A stretch of DNA of 64,000 nucleotides, from positions 32,001-96,000 of the forward strand of contig JALHMH010000002.1 in assembly GCA_022844165.1 (NCBI GenBank), read 5' to 3'. The stretch's first letter is position 1. Each line of letters begins with the position of its first letter. The translations under genes were made by a program, and so were the position numbers. Below are positions 28,553 through 37,764 of this stretch, in pieces. The stretch comes from Lysobacterales bacterium (GTDB taxonomy: Bacteria; Pseudomonadota; Gammaproteobacteria; Xanthomonadales; SZUA-5). The notes under the pieces were generated by a model that worked only from the letters and a program-made list of their open reading frames with translations, ran no database searches and was not told the DNA's origin.

Positions 28553-30232
28553 TCATGCGGCGCTCCGCAAATCACCGCTGTGCGCTTGCCAGATCAACCG
28601 CTGGATCGCGCTGCGATTGAACCGAAAGCACAGATGGGCGCTTGCCTGGTAGCGCGTCAGGCCGAAGTCCTGCCGAGCCGCCGGCGGCAGATGCGCCAGT
28701 TGCTTGTCGGTCGGTGGCTCGCCGAGCCAGCGCTTGGTCTTGTGCGCGGCGTCGGCCGCCTCGTGGGCATTGAGCCAGTCATCGGCCTTCGCCAGACCAA
28801 TCAACCGATCACCATGCGCGAGCAGCCGCACCGGTTCACCGCTGGCGGCGCCGATGGCATACCAGCGACCGTCGATCCCGAATACGCCGGCCCAGGACTC
28901 AAAACCTGCCGCGACCAGCGTGTCGCCGGCACCGAACAGATCGACCCAACTGAAGTTGGAGCCGCTCAAGAGATCGATCTCGGTCATCGCAAACGCGCCG
29001 ACCGGCAAGCGCGCGTCCGGGCGCTCGGTTGGTTCCCAGACATAACCGCACAGTGGGCATTCGGTTACGCGCAGTGGCACCGAGCCCGCGCAGTTGGGAC
29101 ATTCCTTGGTGGGCGCTTCGCCCGGTTCCCGGCCATCAAGATGCGTGTCTTCTTCCAGCCGACCATGCATCAGCGAGGCCGTGCCGAAGTCGAGAACAAC
29201 GCAGTCGGTCTTGTCGACGTGCGGGTGCTCGGCGGGATCGACCGTGCGAAGCCCGCGCCCGACCATCTGGATCAGCGTCGACTTGTGCGAACTGGGGCGC
29301 AGCAGCACGATGCAACTGGTCGGCGTGTAGTCATAGCCTTCGGTCAGCACCGCGACGTTGACGACGACCTGGATTGGGCCGCGCTCGTAGGCGGTCAGAC
29401 GCGCCTTGCGTTCGGCGGCGGGCAGCTCGCCATGGATGACGACGGAGGAGATGCCGGCGGCGCCGAACGCGCGCGCCACGTCTTCGGCATGGGCGACGGT
29501 CGAGCAGAACACGAGGGTCTTGCGACCGTCGGCCTGGGCGCGCCAGTGCGCGATCACCTGCTGCGTGATCGGCACCGTATTGAGGATCGCCTCGACCGCC
29601 GACATATCGAAGTCGCTGGCGTTGCGTCGGACCTGGCTCAGTTCGTCCTGGACGCCAAGATCGACCACAAAGGTGCGCGGGCGGACAAGATGGCCCGATG
29701 CGATCAGCTCCACCAAGCGGATGTGATCGGCGACATTGGAGAACACGGCCCGCAAGCCCACGCCGTCGCCGCGGTTGGGCGTGGCGGTGACCCCGAACAC
29801 CTGCAATCGGTTGTTCTTCGATCGCGCGGCGTCGAGGATGCGGCGATAGCTCGCGGCGGTCGCGTGGTGCGCCTCGTCGACCACGATCAGATCGAGCATG
29901 GGCATTTGCGCGAGGTTGGCCTCGCGGGTCAACGTCGGCACCATTGCGAAGGTCGCGCGGCCGGACCAGGACTTGGCGTCAGCGTCGACGACCGAGGTCG
30001 ACACGCCCGGATTGACGCGGGCGAACTTGGCCTGGTTCTGGGCCGTCAGCTCGTCGCGGTGCGCCAGCACGCAAGCCTTGGCATCGGGCTCGGCCAGCAC
30101 GCGACCGACGACGGCCGACAGCATGACCGTCTTGCCACTGCCGGTCGGCGCGACGGCGAGGGTGTTCTGGTGCTGGCGGAGCGCAGCGAGGGAGCGCTCG
30201 ACCAGGGCCGCTTGGCGCGGACGAAGGATCAC
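28553..30232 (-). CDS. SF2 DEAH helicase
   Basis: APTGSGKT, DEAHH, TATP, QMVGRGLR. Confidence 0.93.
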   Translation of the reverse strand: MILRPRQAALVERSLAALRQHQNTLAVAPTGSGKTVMLSAVVGRVLAEPDAKACVLAHRDELTAQNQAKFARVNPGVSTSVVDADAKSWSGRATFAMVPTLTREANLAQMPMLDLIVVDEAHHATAASYRRILDAARSKNNRLQVFGVTATPNRGDGVGLRAVFSNVADHIRLVELIASGHLVRPRTFVVDLGVQDELSQVRRNASDFDMSAVEAILNTVPITQQVIAHWRAQADGRKTLVFCSTVAHAEDVARAFGAAGISSVVIHGELPAAERKARLTAYERGPIQVVVNVAVLTEGYDYTPTSCIVLLRPSSHKSTLIQMVGRGLRTVDPAEHPHVDKTDCVVLDFGTASLMHGRLEEDTHLDGREPGEAPTKECPNCAGSVPLRVTECPLCGYVWEPTERPDARLPVGAFAMTEIDLLSGSNFSWVDLFGAGDTLVAAGFESWAGVFGIDGRWYAIGAASGEPVRLLAHGDRLIGLAKADDWLNAHEAADAAHKTKRWLGEPPTDKQLAHLPPAARQDFGLTRYQASAHLCFRFNRSAIQRLIWQAHSGDLRSAA

Positions 30233-30244
30233 GGGGCGCCTCCG

Positions 30245-30853
30245 TTACTGCGCCCAGGCGGGTCGCGTCGGGACGCTGGCGCGCGCCGCCGCAGGCGGGG
30301 GCAATGGCGAGCCCGATCCGCCACCGGTCACTGGCGCGGCTCCGTGTCCACCGTGCATCAGGGCCGCGTAGTCCTTGTGCTCCGGACCCACCGCGCCCTT
30401 GACGACGTTCTTCTCGCCCTGCCGATCGTCGCGCTCGACGTCGATCTTGGCGACGAACTCCAGACCGTCGAGATTCGCGAAGCTCTCGATGCGACGCTTG
30501 GCCTGCGCGGCTGGACTGTCGTCATCGGCGCGCAGTCCGTGCGCCGAGTTGAGGATGCCCTTGATGAAGGCGCGCCCCATTTTCATCCAGGCGTCGCCCT
30601 TCTCGGAATGCAGCCCGATCAGCGTCCACAGCTTGCGCCGCGCATAGGGACCCTCGAGGACGGTGTACTCGCAGTCCAGATACACCGCGCCGGTGTCGGC
30701 GCTGCGGCGCGCGTAGCCGCCCGTCCAGCCCTTGGCCGGATCGTTGTGGCCGCCGGGGCGGATGAACAGGCGCACCTTGGCGAGCGCGCCCTTGGGGATC
30801 AGCGGCTGGTTCTGCGCCGAGTCTTCGGCGCTGTTGAAATCGAAGTAGCTCAT
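30245..30853 (-). CDS. Putative ssDNA-binding protein
   Basis: OB-fold-like YLDCEYTVLEGPYARRKLW, C-terminal RPAWAQ; follows Sak4-like ATPase. Confidence 0.6.
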   Translation of the reverse strand: MSYFDFNSAEDSAQNQPLIPKGALAKVRLFIRPGGHNDPAKGWTGGYARRSADTGAVYLDCEYTVLEGPYARRKLWTLIGLHSEKGDAWMKMGRAFIKGILNSAHGLRADDDSPAAQAKRRIESFANLDGLEFVAKIDVERDDRQGEKNVVKGAVGPEHKDYAALMHGGHGAAPVTGGGSGSPLPPPAAARASVPTRPAWAQ

Positions 30854-30864
30854 GGTCGGGTTCC

Positions 30865-31812
30865 TCAGGCGAAGGTGGGCGTCGCCGCCGGGGATTCGGC
30901 GGGCGTGGGCAGGGCAGGGGCGGGGGCAGGCGGCGTGACGGGGCCGGCAGTGAAGTCCAGGCGCGGCGCGCCACCTGGACGCGGGCCGGCGATCTTGGCC
31001 ATCAGCCGCGCGAGGTTCGGTTCCTCGATCAGGTCCAGCCGGCCGGAACGGTCCTTGGCCGGAAATCCCCAGGGGTTCAGGGTCTGACAGATGAAGGCGC
31101 GGTAGCTGGACCCGTCGTCAGCCTTGAGTTCGGCCAGCGTGATCACCTCATCGAGGATCCCCGGCAGCTCCAGCCCGGTCTTGGCGCCCTCGATCTGCAG
31201 CGAGTAGATGCGCCGGTTGAACTCGTCGAGCTTCTCGTCGAGCAGGCAGCAGAACCAGACGTTCTTGCCGCGGGCGTGCTGCAGGTGGGTGAGCCACTGG
31301 ATCATCTCGCTGCCGAGCAGGCCGTACGCGCCGCGCGCGTCGGGCTTGCCGGTGCGATCCGAGTAGGCCTGCGGCTGTCCCTTGCACCACTGCAGGCACA
31401 GGCGTGCAGCGACGCTGATCGAGTCGACAAAGATCGTCTGGTAGCGATCGATGGCGCCGGGGTCGCCGAAGCGCTGGCACACCGCCTCGAAGTGGGCCGA
31501 ACTAAAGGGCTGGTCATCACGCAGCGCCGGGTTGGGTCCGCCGATGAACACCCCAAAATCGCGGCACTCGGACCAGGTGCGCGGTCGCACCGCATCACCG
31601 GTCCAGCCCTCGACGGCCAGATCGCCAGCCTCCAGGTCAAAGAACAGCGTCGCGTGCGGATCCAGCGTCCACAACTGGCTGGTCTTGCCCAGGCCCGACT
31701 TGCCGGCCAGCACGCCCTTGATCCCGCGGCGCTCGGCGAGCCGCTGATCGGCCGTGATGATCGGCAACCCAGGGGTGGTGGCAACCGCGCGAAGCGTGGC
31801 GACGGTGCTCAT
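30865..31812 (-). CDS. AAA_24 / Sak4-like ATPase
   Basis: GKSGLGKT, FVDSI, AKDRSGRL. Confidence 0.85.
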   Translation of the reverse strand: MSTVATLRAVATTPGLPIITADQRLAERRGIKGVLAGKSGLGKTSQLWTLDPHATLFFDLEAGDLAVEGWTGDAVRPRTWSECRDFGVFIGGPNPALRDDQPFSSAHFEAVCQRFGDPGAIDRYQTIFVDSISVAARLCLQWCKGQPQAYSDRTGKPDARGAYGLLGSEMIQWLTHLQHARGKNVWFCCLLDEKLDEFNRRIYSLQIEGAKTGLELPGILDEVITLAELKADDGSSYRAFICQTLNPWGFPAKDRSGRLDLIEEPNLARLMAKIAGPRPGGAPRLDFTAGPVTPPAPAPALPTPAESPAATPTFA

Positions 31813-32309
31813 GCCGACACCTGCGCGCGGCGATCCAGTTCATCGGCCTGCACCACCAGCTTGAAGCTCGGCTTGCCGGTCTTGACCGTGCGTGCCGGCT
31901 CGAAGGCCTTGCGCAGCGACTCGGCCCAGGCATTGAACTTGGACTCGGAGACCCGGTAGGCGATCTCGATGAACTCAGCCGGATCCTCTCCGCCCTTGGC
32001 GATCTGCTGGGCGATGGTGGCGAGTCGCTCCTGGTCCCACTCGACGCGCTTGGGCAGGTCCGCGGTGACCTTGACGGTGCCGTCCTCGAAGGTCACGGCG
32101 CCGGTGTCCTTGCCAGCCTTGAGGCGCAACAGCTGGGCGCGATCGGCGTACTTCAGTTCCAGCGCGCGGTCCAGATGTTCGACAACGTTTTTGGCCGCCG
32201 TCAGTGCGCGCACTGCCTCGTGCTTGAGGACGAACAGCTCCTCGGCGCTCTTGCGGGACAGGTGGCCGGCCGGGCGAGTGGCGGCAATGTGCAGAGGCGT
32301 CGTGCTCAT
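31809..32309 (-). CDS. Hypothetical phage protein
   Basis: MSTTPLHI...KRVEWDQ...ARTVKTGKPSF; ATGA coupling. Confidence 0.75.
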   Translation of the reverse strand: MSTTPLHIAATRPAGHLSRKSAEELFVLKHEAVRALTAAKNVVEHLDRALELKYADRAQLLRLKAGKDTGAVTFEDGTVKVTADLPKRVEWDQERLATIAQQIAKGGEDPAEFIEIAYRVSESKFNAWAESLRKAFEPARTVKTGKPSFKLVVQADELDRRAQVSA

Positions 32310-32530
32310 GCCGCACCTCCGACCAGGACCGACTCGCTGGTGCTGCGGCGCAGGCAACGGCGCTCGTAGGCCTCGACGTCGGTGATGCGGTAGACCACGC
32401 GTCCGGGCAGCTTGACGTAGACCGGGCCGATACCGATCGAGCGCCAGCGCTCCAGCGTGGTCTCGGCGATGGTCCAGCGCTCGGACAGCTCGCGCTGGCT
32501 CAGGTGTTTGAGGGTGGGTTCGAGGCTCAC
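32306..32530 (-). CDS. AlpA/excisionase-like HTH protein
   Basis: GTG start after GAAGGAG; LSQRELSERWTIAETTLERWRSIGIGP..VVYRITDVEAYE. Confidence 0.85.
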   Translation of the reverse strand: MSLEPTLKHLSQRELSERWTIAETTLERWRSIGIGPVYVKLPGRVVYRITDVEAYERRCLRRSTSESVLVGGAA

Positions 32531-32780
32531 GTTCACTCCTTCGGGTTGGTGAGTACGGTGAGCGACAGATTGACGACCACGGGGCGGGCAAAGCCCCGGC
32601 CAAACCCCCGGGCAAATCACGCAAATCGTGGTTGGCTGCATCAGCCGGCAATTGCCCGCGATCACCCGCAATTGCGGGGCTGTCAGGCAGGCGGTGGCTG
32701 GCCAGACTGGTGCCCTGGTGATCAGTTGGAGATTGAGAGTGCTAGGCCGGACCGACTTGCAGCAAACCCCACCCGAACGC

Positions 32781-32933
32781 ATGAGCAGCCACGAGCAGCT
32801 GGTCGCGGCGGCCGCATTGATCGCCACCGGCCTGGTGCGCCTGCGTGCATCCGGAGAGCGCGAATTTGGACTTGAACTGCCTGCCAACCAGCGCGTGTAT
32901 GCGAACTCCAACTCACGCCAGGAGACGCCATGA
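32781..32933 (+). CDS. Small hypothetical protein upstream of DUF2924 gene
   Basis: 50 aa MSSHEQLVAAAALIATGLVRLR; stop overlaps next start. Confidence 0.4.
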   Translation: MSSHEQLVAAAALIATGLVRLRASGEREFGLELPANQRVYANSNSRQETP

Positions 32934-33400
32934 CCGCCACCCAACCCCTCGGCACTTCAGTGCTCGCTGAGATCGCGCGCCTGGCCGATCTGCCGTGGGT
33001 TGACCTCAAAGGACTGTGGGTGCGCCTCTTTGGGCGCGAGCCCGCCAGCTCACACCGGCGCTATGTGGAGCGGCGCATCGCGCATCGTCTGCAGGAACGC
33101 GCACTGTCCGAAGACCCCGCCGGCAAGTCGCTGCTGAAGCGCAACCGCGAGCGCATCGACGTGCTGATCAAGGCCCACAGCCACGGCGCGGCCGAGGTCT
33201 TGACGCGCCCGGGGACGGAGTTGATCCGCGTCTACCGGGGAATCGAACACGTGGTCCGCGTGCTCGAGCAGGGCGTCGAGTGGAATGGCCAGCACTACAC
33301 CAGCCTCACTGCCGTGGCGCATGCGATCACCGGGATGCGCTGGTCGGGGCCGGTGTTCTTCGGGCTGAAGACCAACTCCCGCAAGCGAGTAGGCGCATGA
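32930..33400 (+). CDS. DUF2924-like protein
   Basis: PGTELIRVYRG, SLTAVAHAITGMRWSGPVFFGL; adjacent to serine recombinase. Confidence 0.88.
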   Translation: MTATQPLGTSVLAEIARLADLPWVDLKGLWVRLFGREPASSHRRYVERRIAHRLQERALSEDPAGKSLLKRNRERIDVLIKAHSHGAAEVLTRPGTELIRVYRGIEHVVRVLEQGVEWNGQHYTSLTAVAHAITGMRWSGPVFFGLKTNSRKRVGA

Positions 33401-34746
33401 GCTGGGTCGATTCGACGCCACGACGAACGCGCTGCGCGGTCTACACGCGCAAGTCCACCGAGGAGGGACTGGAGCAGCCGTTCAACTCGATCGACGCGCA
33501 GAAGGAGTCGGGCCACGCCTATATCGTCAGCCGTCGCTCGGAAGGCTGGATCCCGATCGCGGACGATTATGATGATCCGGCGTACTCGGGCGGCAGCATG
33601 GAGCGTCCGGCGCTGCAGCGATTGTTCTCCGACATCGAGTCGGGCAAGGTTGATGTGGTGGTCGTCTACAAGCTCGATCGATTGTCGCGCAGCTTGGCCG
33701 ACTTCTGCCGGATGATCGAGATCTTCGATCGCCACAGCGTCAGCTTTGTGTCGGTCACGCAGAGCTTCAACACCGGCGATTCGATGGGGCGGCTGATGTT
33801 GAACGTCCTGCTGTCGTTCGCGCAGTTCGAGCGCGAGGTGACCTCCGAGCGCATCCGCGACAAGTTCGTGGCCAGCAAGAAGCGCGGCTACTGGATGCAC
33901 GGCATTCCGCCATTGGGCTATGACGTTGTCGAGCGCCGACTGGTCGTGAATCCTGGTGAGGCGCGTTCGGTTCGCCGCATCTTCGAAGGTTTCGTCGAGA
34001 CCGGTTCAGCCACCAAAGTCGTGGCCGAGTTGCGCGCCGAGGGCATCACGACGAAGGCGTGGACGACCAAGGCGGGGCGCCAGCGCAGCGGCCGATCCAT
34101 ACACAAGGTCGCGCTTACCGCCATGCTGAAGAACCGCGTCTACCTGGGTGAGCTCAAGAGTCGCGGAAGCTGGGTGCTGGGCACGCACGAGCCGATCATC
34201 GATCAGGCGCTTTGGGATCGCGCGCAAGCGGTGTTTACGGTCAACCCACGGCGACGCGCCAACCTGACACGCTCGCGAACGTCCTATCCGCTGAAGGGCA
34301 TCATCGTCGACGAGGACGGGCGGGCGATGGTCGGTTGGCACACGACCAAGCCGAACGGAAAGCGCTACTGCTATTACCTCAGCCAAACCGAGATCAAGGT
34401 CGGGTCCGGCATTGCGCCGCTGCCGAGGATTCCGGCGGCCGAGATCGAAGGTCTGGTGCTCGACCAACTGCGCGAGATGCTGCGCGCGCCGGAACTGATC
34501 GAACGCATCTGCGCACAGGCAAGCAGCCTGGAATCAGGCCTCGACGAGGCGCAGACCGTCGTAGCGTTGACGCAGATCGATCGCATCTGGGCGAGCTTGT
34601 TCCCCGCGGAACAAGCGCGCCTGATGCGCCTGTTGGTTGAGCGCGTCATCGTCGGCCCCGGGTCGGTCGAAGTCCGCATGCGACCCAGCGGGTTCGCGCA
34701 TCTGGTCCGCGAGTTCAACAGCCAGCAGCAGGAACTCAGCACATGA
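33397..34746 (+). CDS. Large serine recombinase (integrase)
   Basis: CAVYTRKS catalytic motif, YKLDRLSRS, FAQFERE, PPLGYD. Confidence 0.95.
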   Translation: MSWVDSTPRRTRCAVYTRKSTEEGLEQPFNSIDAQKESGHAYIVSRRSEGWIPIADDYDDPAYSGGSMERPALQRLFSDIESGKVDVVVVYKLDRLSRSLADFCRMIEIFDRHSVSFVSVTQSFNTGDSMGRLMLNVLLSFAQFEREVTSERIRDKFVASKKRGYWMHGIPPLGYDVVERRLVVNPGEARSVRRIFEGFVETGSATKVVAELRAEGITTKAWTTKAGRQRSGRSIHKVALTAMLKNRVYLGELKSRGSWVLGTHEPIIDQALWDRAQAVFTVNPRRRANLTRSRTSYPLKGIIVDEDGRAMVGWHTTKPNGKRYCYYLSQTEIKVGSGIAPLPRIPAAEIEGLVLDQLREMLRAPELIERICAQASSLESGLDEAQTVVALTQIDRIWASLFPAEQARLMRLLVERVIVGPGSVEVRMRPSGFAHLVREFNSQQQELST

Positions 34747-35153
34747 GCCACCAGCGCATCCAGGTGCTCGGGCCAGCCCAACGGGTCATCAGCAGCGACG
34801 GTCGCCTGACGGTGACCGTTCCGATCAAGATGCGCCTCGGCGGCATCCGCCAGGTGAAACCACCGGACGGCCCGCCCCAGCTCCTCACCAGCCTTCAGAA
34901 CTCGTTGATCCAGGCGCATCGGTGGCAACGCATGCTCGATCGCGGTGAGGTCACCCAGATCGGCGAACTGGCGCGACAGGAAAAGCAGGACCATGCCTAT
35001 GTGTCGCGCCTGCTCAACCTGACGACGCTATCGCCTTGGATCGTCGAGGCGATTCTGGATGATCGGGTGGATGACGGCATCGGCGTGAAGGACCTCGCGA
35101 TCAACCCGCCGATGCTGTGGTCAGACCAGTGCTTGCCTCAGGCCGGGCGCTGA
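34743..35153 (+). CDS. Recombinase-associated hypothetical protein
   Basis: YVSRLLNLTTLSP.IVEAIL HTH-like motif; ATGA coupling. Confidence 0.75.
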   Translation: MSHQRIQVLGPAQRVISSDGRLTVTVPIKMRLGGIRQVKPPDGPPQLLTSLQNSLIQAHRWQRMLDRGEVTQIGELARQEKQDHAYVSRLLNLTTLSPWIVEAILDDRVDDGIGVKDLAINPPMLWSDQCLPQAGR

Positions 35154-36046
35154 CCACTGCGCTCGAACCGCATGGAGGTGCTCTCGAGCAGATCATCCTC
35201 AGGATCTTCGGGTTCGGTGAGCGTTGGGTCGAGTTTCGGCAACACGAGCAGCAGCATCGTGCTGTCGTGATCGTGCGACACCAGGGTGTGCTCGGTGAGC
35301 CGGGTGCCGTCGGGTTCGTTCGGAAACCATGCGCTGGCATCAAGACAGGCGCTGGCGCCGATGCCATCGCAACGGGAGTGGTGGGCCAACGAGGCGGCGG
35401 GCACTTCGACAACTTGCCGCTTCGATCGCAGAAACGCTCCCGAACGAAATGCGCGCTTGCTGGCCCAGGACTCGGTGACCGCGCCGTCGCGCGCGAATGC
35501 GACGACGACGCGCTGATCGCTGACTTCCGCACATTGGCGCGCTGCTGCCGTCAACGAAACGCCGTATCGATCGGCACAGTGCTTGACCAGTTCGAAGTCG
35601 AATCGCTGTCCATCGACCTGTCGCCTGAGGTCATCGAGCGGCATCAGCAGGGTGGACGCGAAGGCGTCGGCTTCGCGCTCGATGTCGATCTCCGTCTGGC
35701 CGGAGACGTCCGACTCGCTGCACTCGAACGACGTCCGCAGATCACGATGTAGCGCGTAGTGACCGAACTCGTGCGCGATCGTGAAGCGCGCCCGCGATGG
35801 CCGGCGGTCGGCGTTGAATTTGATGCGCCAGTACTTGCCACGTGGGTGTTGCTGCAGCGCGCCTTCGAAGCCGCCGAGACCCTTGTGCCCATCGATCTTG
35901 GTGATCGGTGATGCCGGGCACCACTGCTGGGACAACTCGCGCGCGACCGCCTCGACATCCACCGGGAAGCGGTCGCGACCGAGCACTTGGGTCAGCACCA
36001 GGCTGACGGCATTGGCCGCTGCGCGCGGCGATTTGGGCAAGCTCAC
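35138..36046 (-). CDS. ImmA/IrrE family metallopeptidase
   Basis: RFTIAHEFGH, EREADAFASTLLMP. Confidence 0.92.
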   Translation of the reverse strand: MSLPKSPRAAANAVSLVLTQVLGRDRFPVDVEAVARELSQQWCPASPITKIDGHKGLGGFEGALQQHPRGKYWRIKFNADRRPSRARFTIAHEFGHYALHRDLRTSFECSESDVSGQTEIDIEREADAFASTLLMPLDDLRRQVDGQRFDFELVKHCADRYGVSLTAAARQCAEVSDQRVVVAFARDGAVTESWASKRAFRSGAFLRSKRQVVEVPAASLAHHSRCDGIGASACLDASAWFPNEPDGTRLTEHTLVSHDHDSTMLLLVLPKLDPTLTEPEDPEDDLLESTSMRFERSGQRPA

Positions 36047-36363
36047 GCGTCGTCCCAGGTGTCGAGGATCTTGCGGATCCGCTTTTTGTCGTCCGGGTCG
36101 AGTTGTTGGTACTTGCGGAAGAACGCCTGGTCGGTCACGTCCTCGGTGGGATCGGTGCCGGCGGGGCCGAGTAGGTGCTCGGTGGTGACGTTAAGCGCGC
36201 CGGCGATGCGCATGAGCAAGTCCGCGCCGGGGTTCGGCTCGTCGCGGTTTTCCAGTTCCCACATGTAGCTTTTGGAACTGCTGACCTTTTCGGCGAGGTC
36301 TTCCAGGCTGAGCTTCAGCGCCTTGCGGGCGGCGCGGATCTTGTCGCCAAGGGCAGAGGGCAT
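36043..36363 (-). CDS. XRE family repressor
   Basis: MPSALGDKIRAARKALKLSLEDLAEKVSSSKSYMWELEN. Confidence 0.9.
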   Translation of the reverse strand: MPSALGDKIRAARKALKLSLEDLAEKVSSSKSYMWELENRDEPNPGADLLMRIAGALNVTTEHLLGPAGTDPTEDVTDQAFFRKYQQLDPDDKKRIRKILDTWDDA

Positions 36364-36398
36364 GGGTGGCACTTTGGGTCGCGGGGGCGCGGATTGTA

Positions 36399-36481
36399 TC
36401 GCCATAACGAACGAAAGCAAACCCGGTTGACATGCCACCGTGTGCTTCTGAGAGAATCCACAACCGTTCGCTATGGCGAAC
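36399..36481. promoter_or_regulatory. Divergent promoter with two operators
   Basis: TCGCCATAACGAACG (36399) and its 14/15 inverted copy (36465), the latter a palindrome GTTCGC-N4-GCGAAC; TTGACA at 36427. Confidence 0.7.
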
Positions 36482-36522
36482 TTTCTGTCATCTTCTCCCT
36501 CTCCGCTCGCAAGGACCCGCGC

Positions 36523-37764
36523 ATGGCCGCATTCAATCACCGTCATCTGTTTCGAGCCGTGTCGCCGTCGTTGTGGCGGGTCTATGCGCAGGCTCGGCGG
36601 CTGCCGATCGAGGTCGACGAAGCTGCCGATGACACTGGCTTCTACGCTTCGCTGACCCAAGCGTTCGACGCGTTGCCGGCGGAAGCCTCGGCACCATTGC
36701 TCACCGAATTGCGCCGCGTGCATGCGCTCAGCGATCGCCGCGGCGTCGACGCGCTGCTGAATGCCTCCGAGCACCCCGAGCCGGTGCGCGAGGACTTCGC
36801 CAGCATGCGCAACGACAGCGAACGCGCGCTGTGGGCGCTGCTGACCTGGCCGAACACCTTCGACACCGCCGAAACGCTGCTGATCGTCGATCTCGCCGTC
36901 GGCAAGCGCGGCTGGAAGCGCCAGGACGTGCGCGTCTCAGTGCCGATCTCGCGCCAACCTGAGCACCTTGCGCTGCTGGAATCCGCGGTGCGCGATCTGT
37001 TCGCCAAGCGCGAAGGTGCGCAGCGCGCCTGCAAGATCGAGGTGTGCGAACGCCACGTCGACGCCGGCGTGCAGTTGAACATATACCTCGAAGACGACCC
37101 GAACGACCTCGTGGAGTTTGTCGGCGCCGAACTGCGCCGGCGGCCGACGCGACCGGTCGCCAACTTTGCGCTGGTCTACTACCCCCACCTCGGCGTCGTC
37201 GACACCGTCGGCCGTGGCGGCAAGTGCACGCACGACGCACTGGTCGAGCAGTTCTCCGAGTACCTGCTTGGTCGCCGCGTGAAGCCGGAGTCCCTCAAGA
37301 CTGCGGTGTTCCATCTCGGGCGACTGCGCAACGGCCTCGAGATCCGCGACGGGTCTCTCAACCTCGCCGACGAGGGCATCCAGGTCGTTCGCCTGCGGCA
37401 GGTTCGTTTGCTGAGCATCGTGCCGCCGTTCGGCGAACTGCGCATCCAGGCCAAGCCCTCGCCGCACCTGCCATGCGCCGTCGAGTTCGCGCGTGCGCAT
37501 TTCCGGGAGCACGACCCAATGCGCCGCGGCTTTGCGATCTCCGAAGCGATCATCGTCATCCACTTCGCCCCGTCGGCGCCGGGCAAGGCAGGGCGCGTGC
37601 TCGTTCTGCGACTGAAGCGCGACGGCGTGTCCAACCTGCCAGATCTCGATCCCGCCGACGCCGCACTCGTGACCCGCCCGCTGGCGGCATGGGGTGTCAG
37701 TGATGCTGTGCCGGCGGACGACAACGCTCGCGTCGAAGAAGAAGCCGTCGATGCCGAAGGTTGA
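36523..37764 (+). CDS. Hypothetical prophage protein
   Basis: 413 aa from MAAFNHRHLF, AAGGA RBS, divergent from XRE. Confidence 0.75.
   Translation: MAAFNHRHLFRAVSPSLWRVYAQARRLPIEVDEAADDTGFYASLTQAFDALPAEASAPLLTELRRVHALSDRRGVDALLNASEHPEPVREDFASMRNDSERALWALLTWPNTFDTAETLLIVDLAVGKRGWKRQDVRVSVPISRQPEHLALLESAVRDLFAKREGAQRACKIEVCERHVDAGVQLNIYLEDDPNDLVEFVGAELRRRPTRPVANFALVYYPHLGVVDTVGRGGKCTHDALVEQFSEYLLGRRVKPESLKTAVFHLGRLRNGLEIRDGSLNLADEGIQVVRLRQVRLLSIVPPFGELRIQAKPSPHLPCAVEFARAHFREHDPMRRGFAISEAIIVIHFAPSAPGKAGRVLVLRLKRDGVSNLPDLDPADAALVTRPLAAWGVSDAVPADDNARVEEEAVDAEG

Noticed and set aside
28580-31087. 835-aa plus-strand ORF
   Set aside because: Antisense shadow of helicase/SSB genes in high-GC DNA; same for 43191..45563 and 59291..61378
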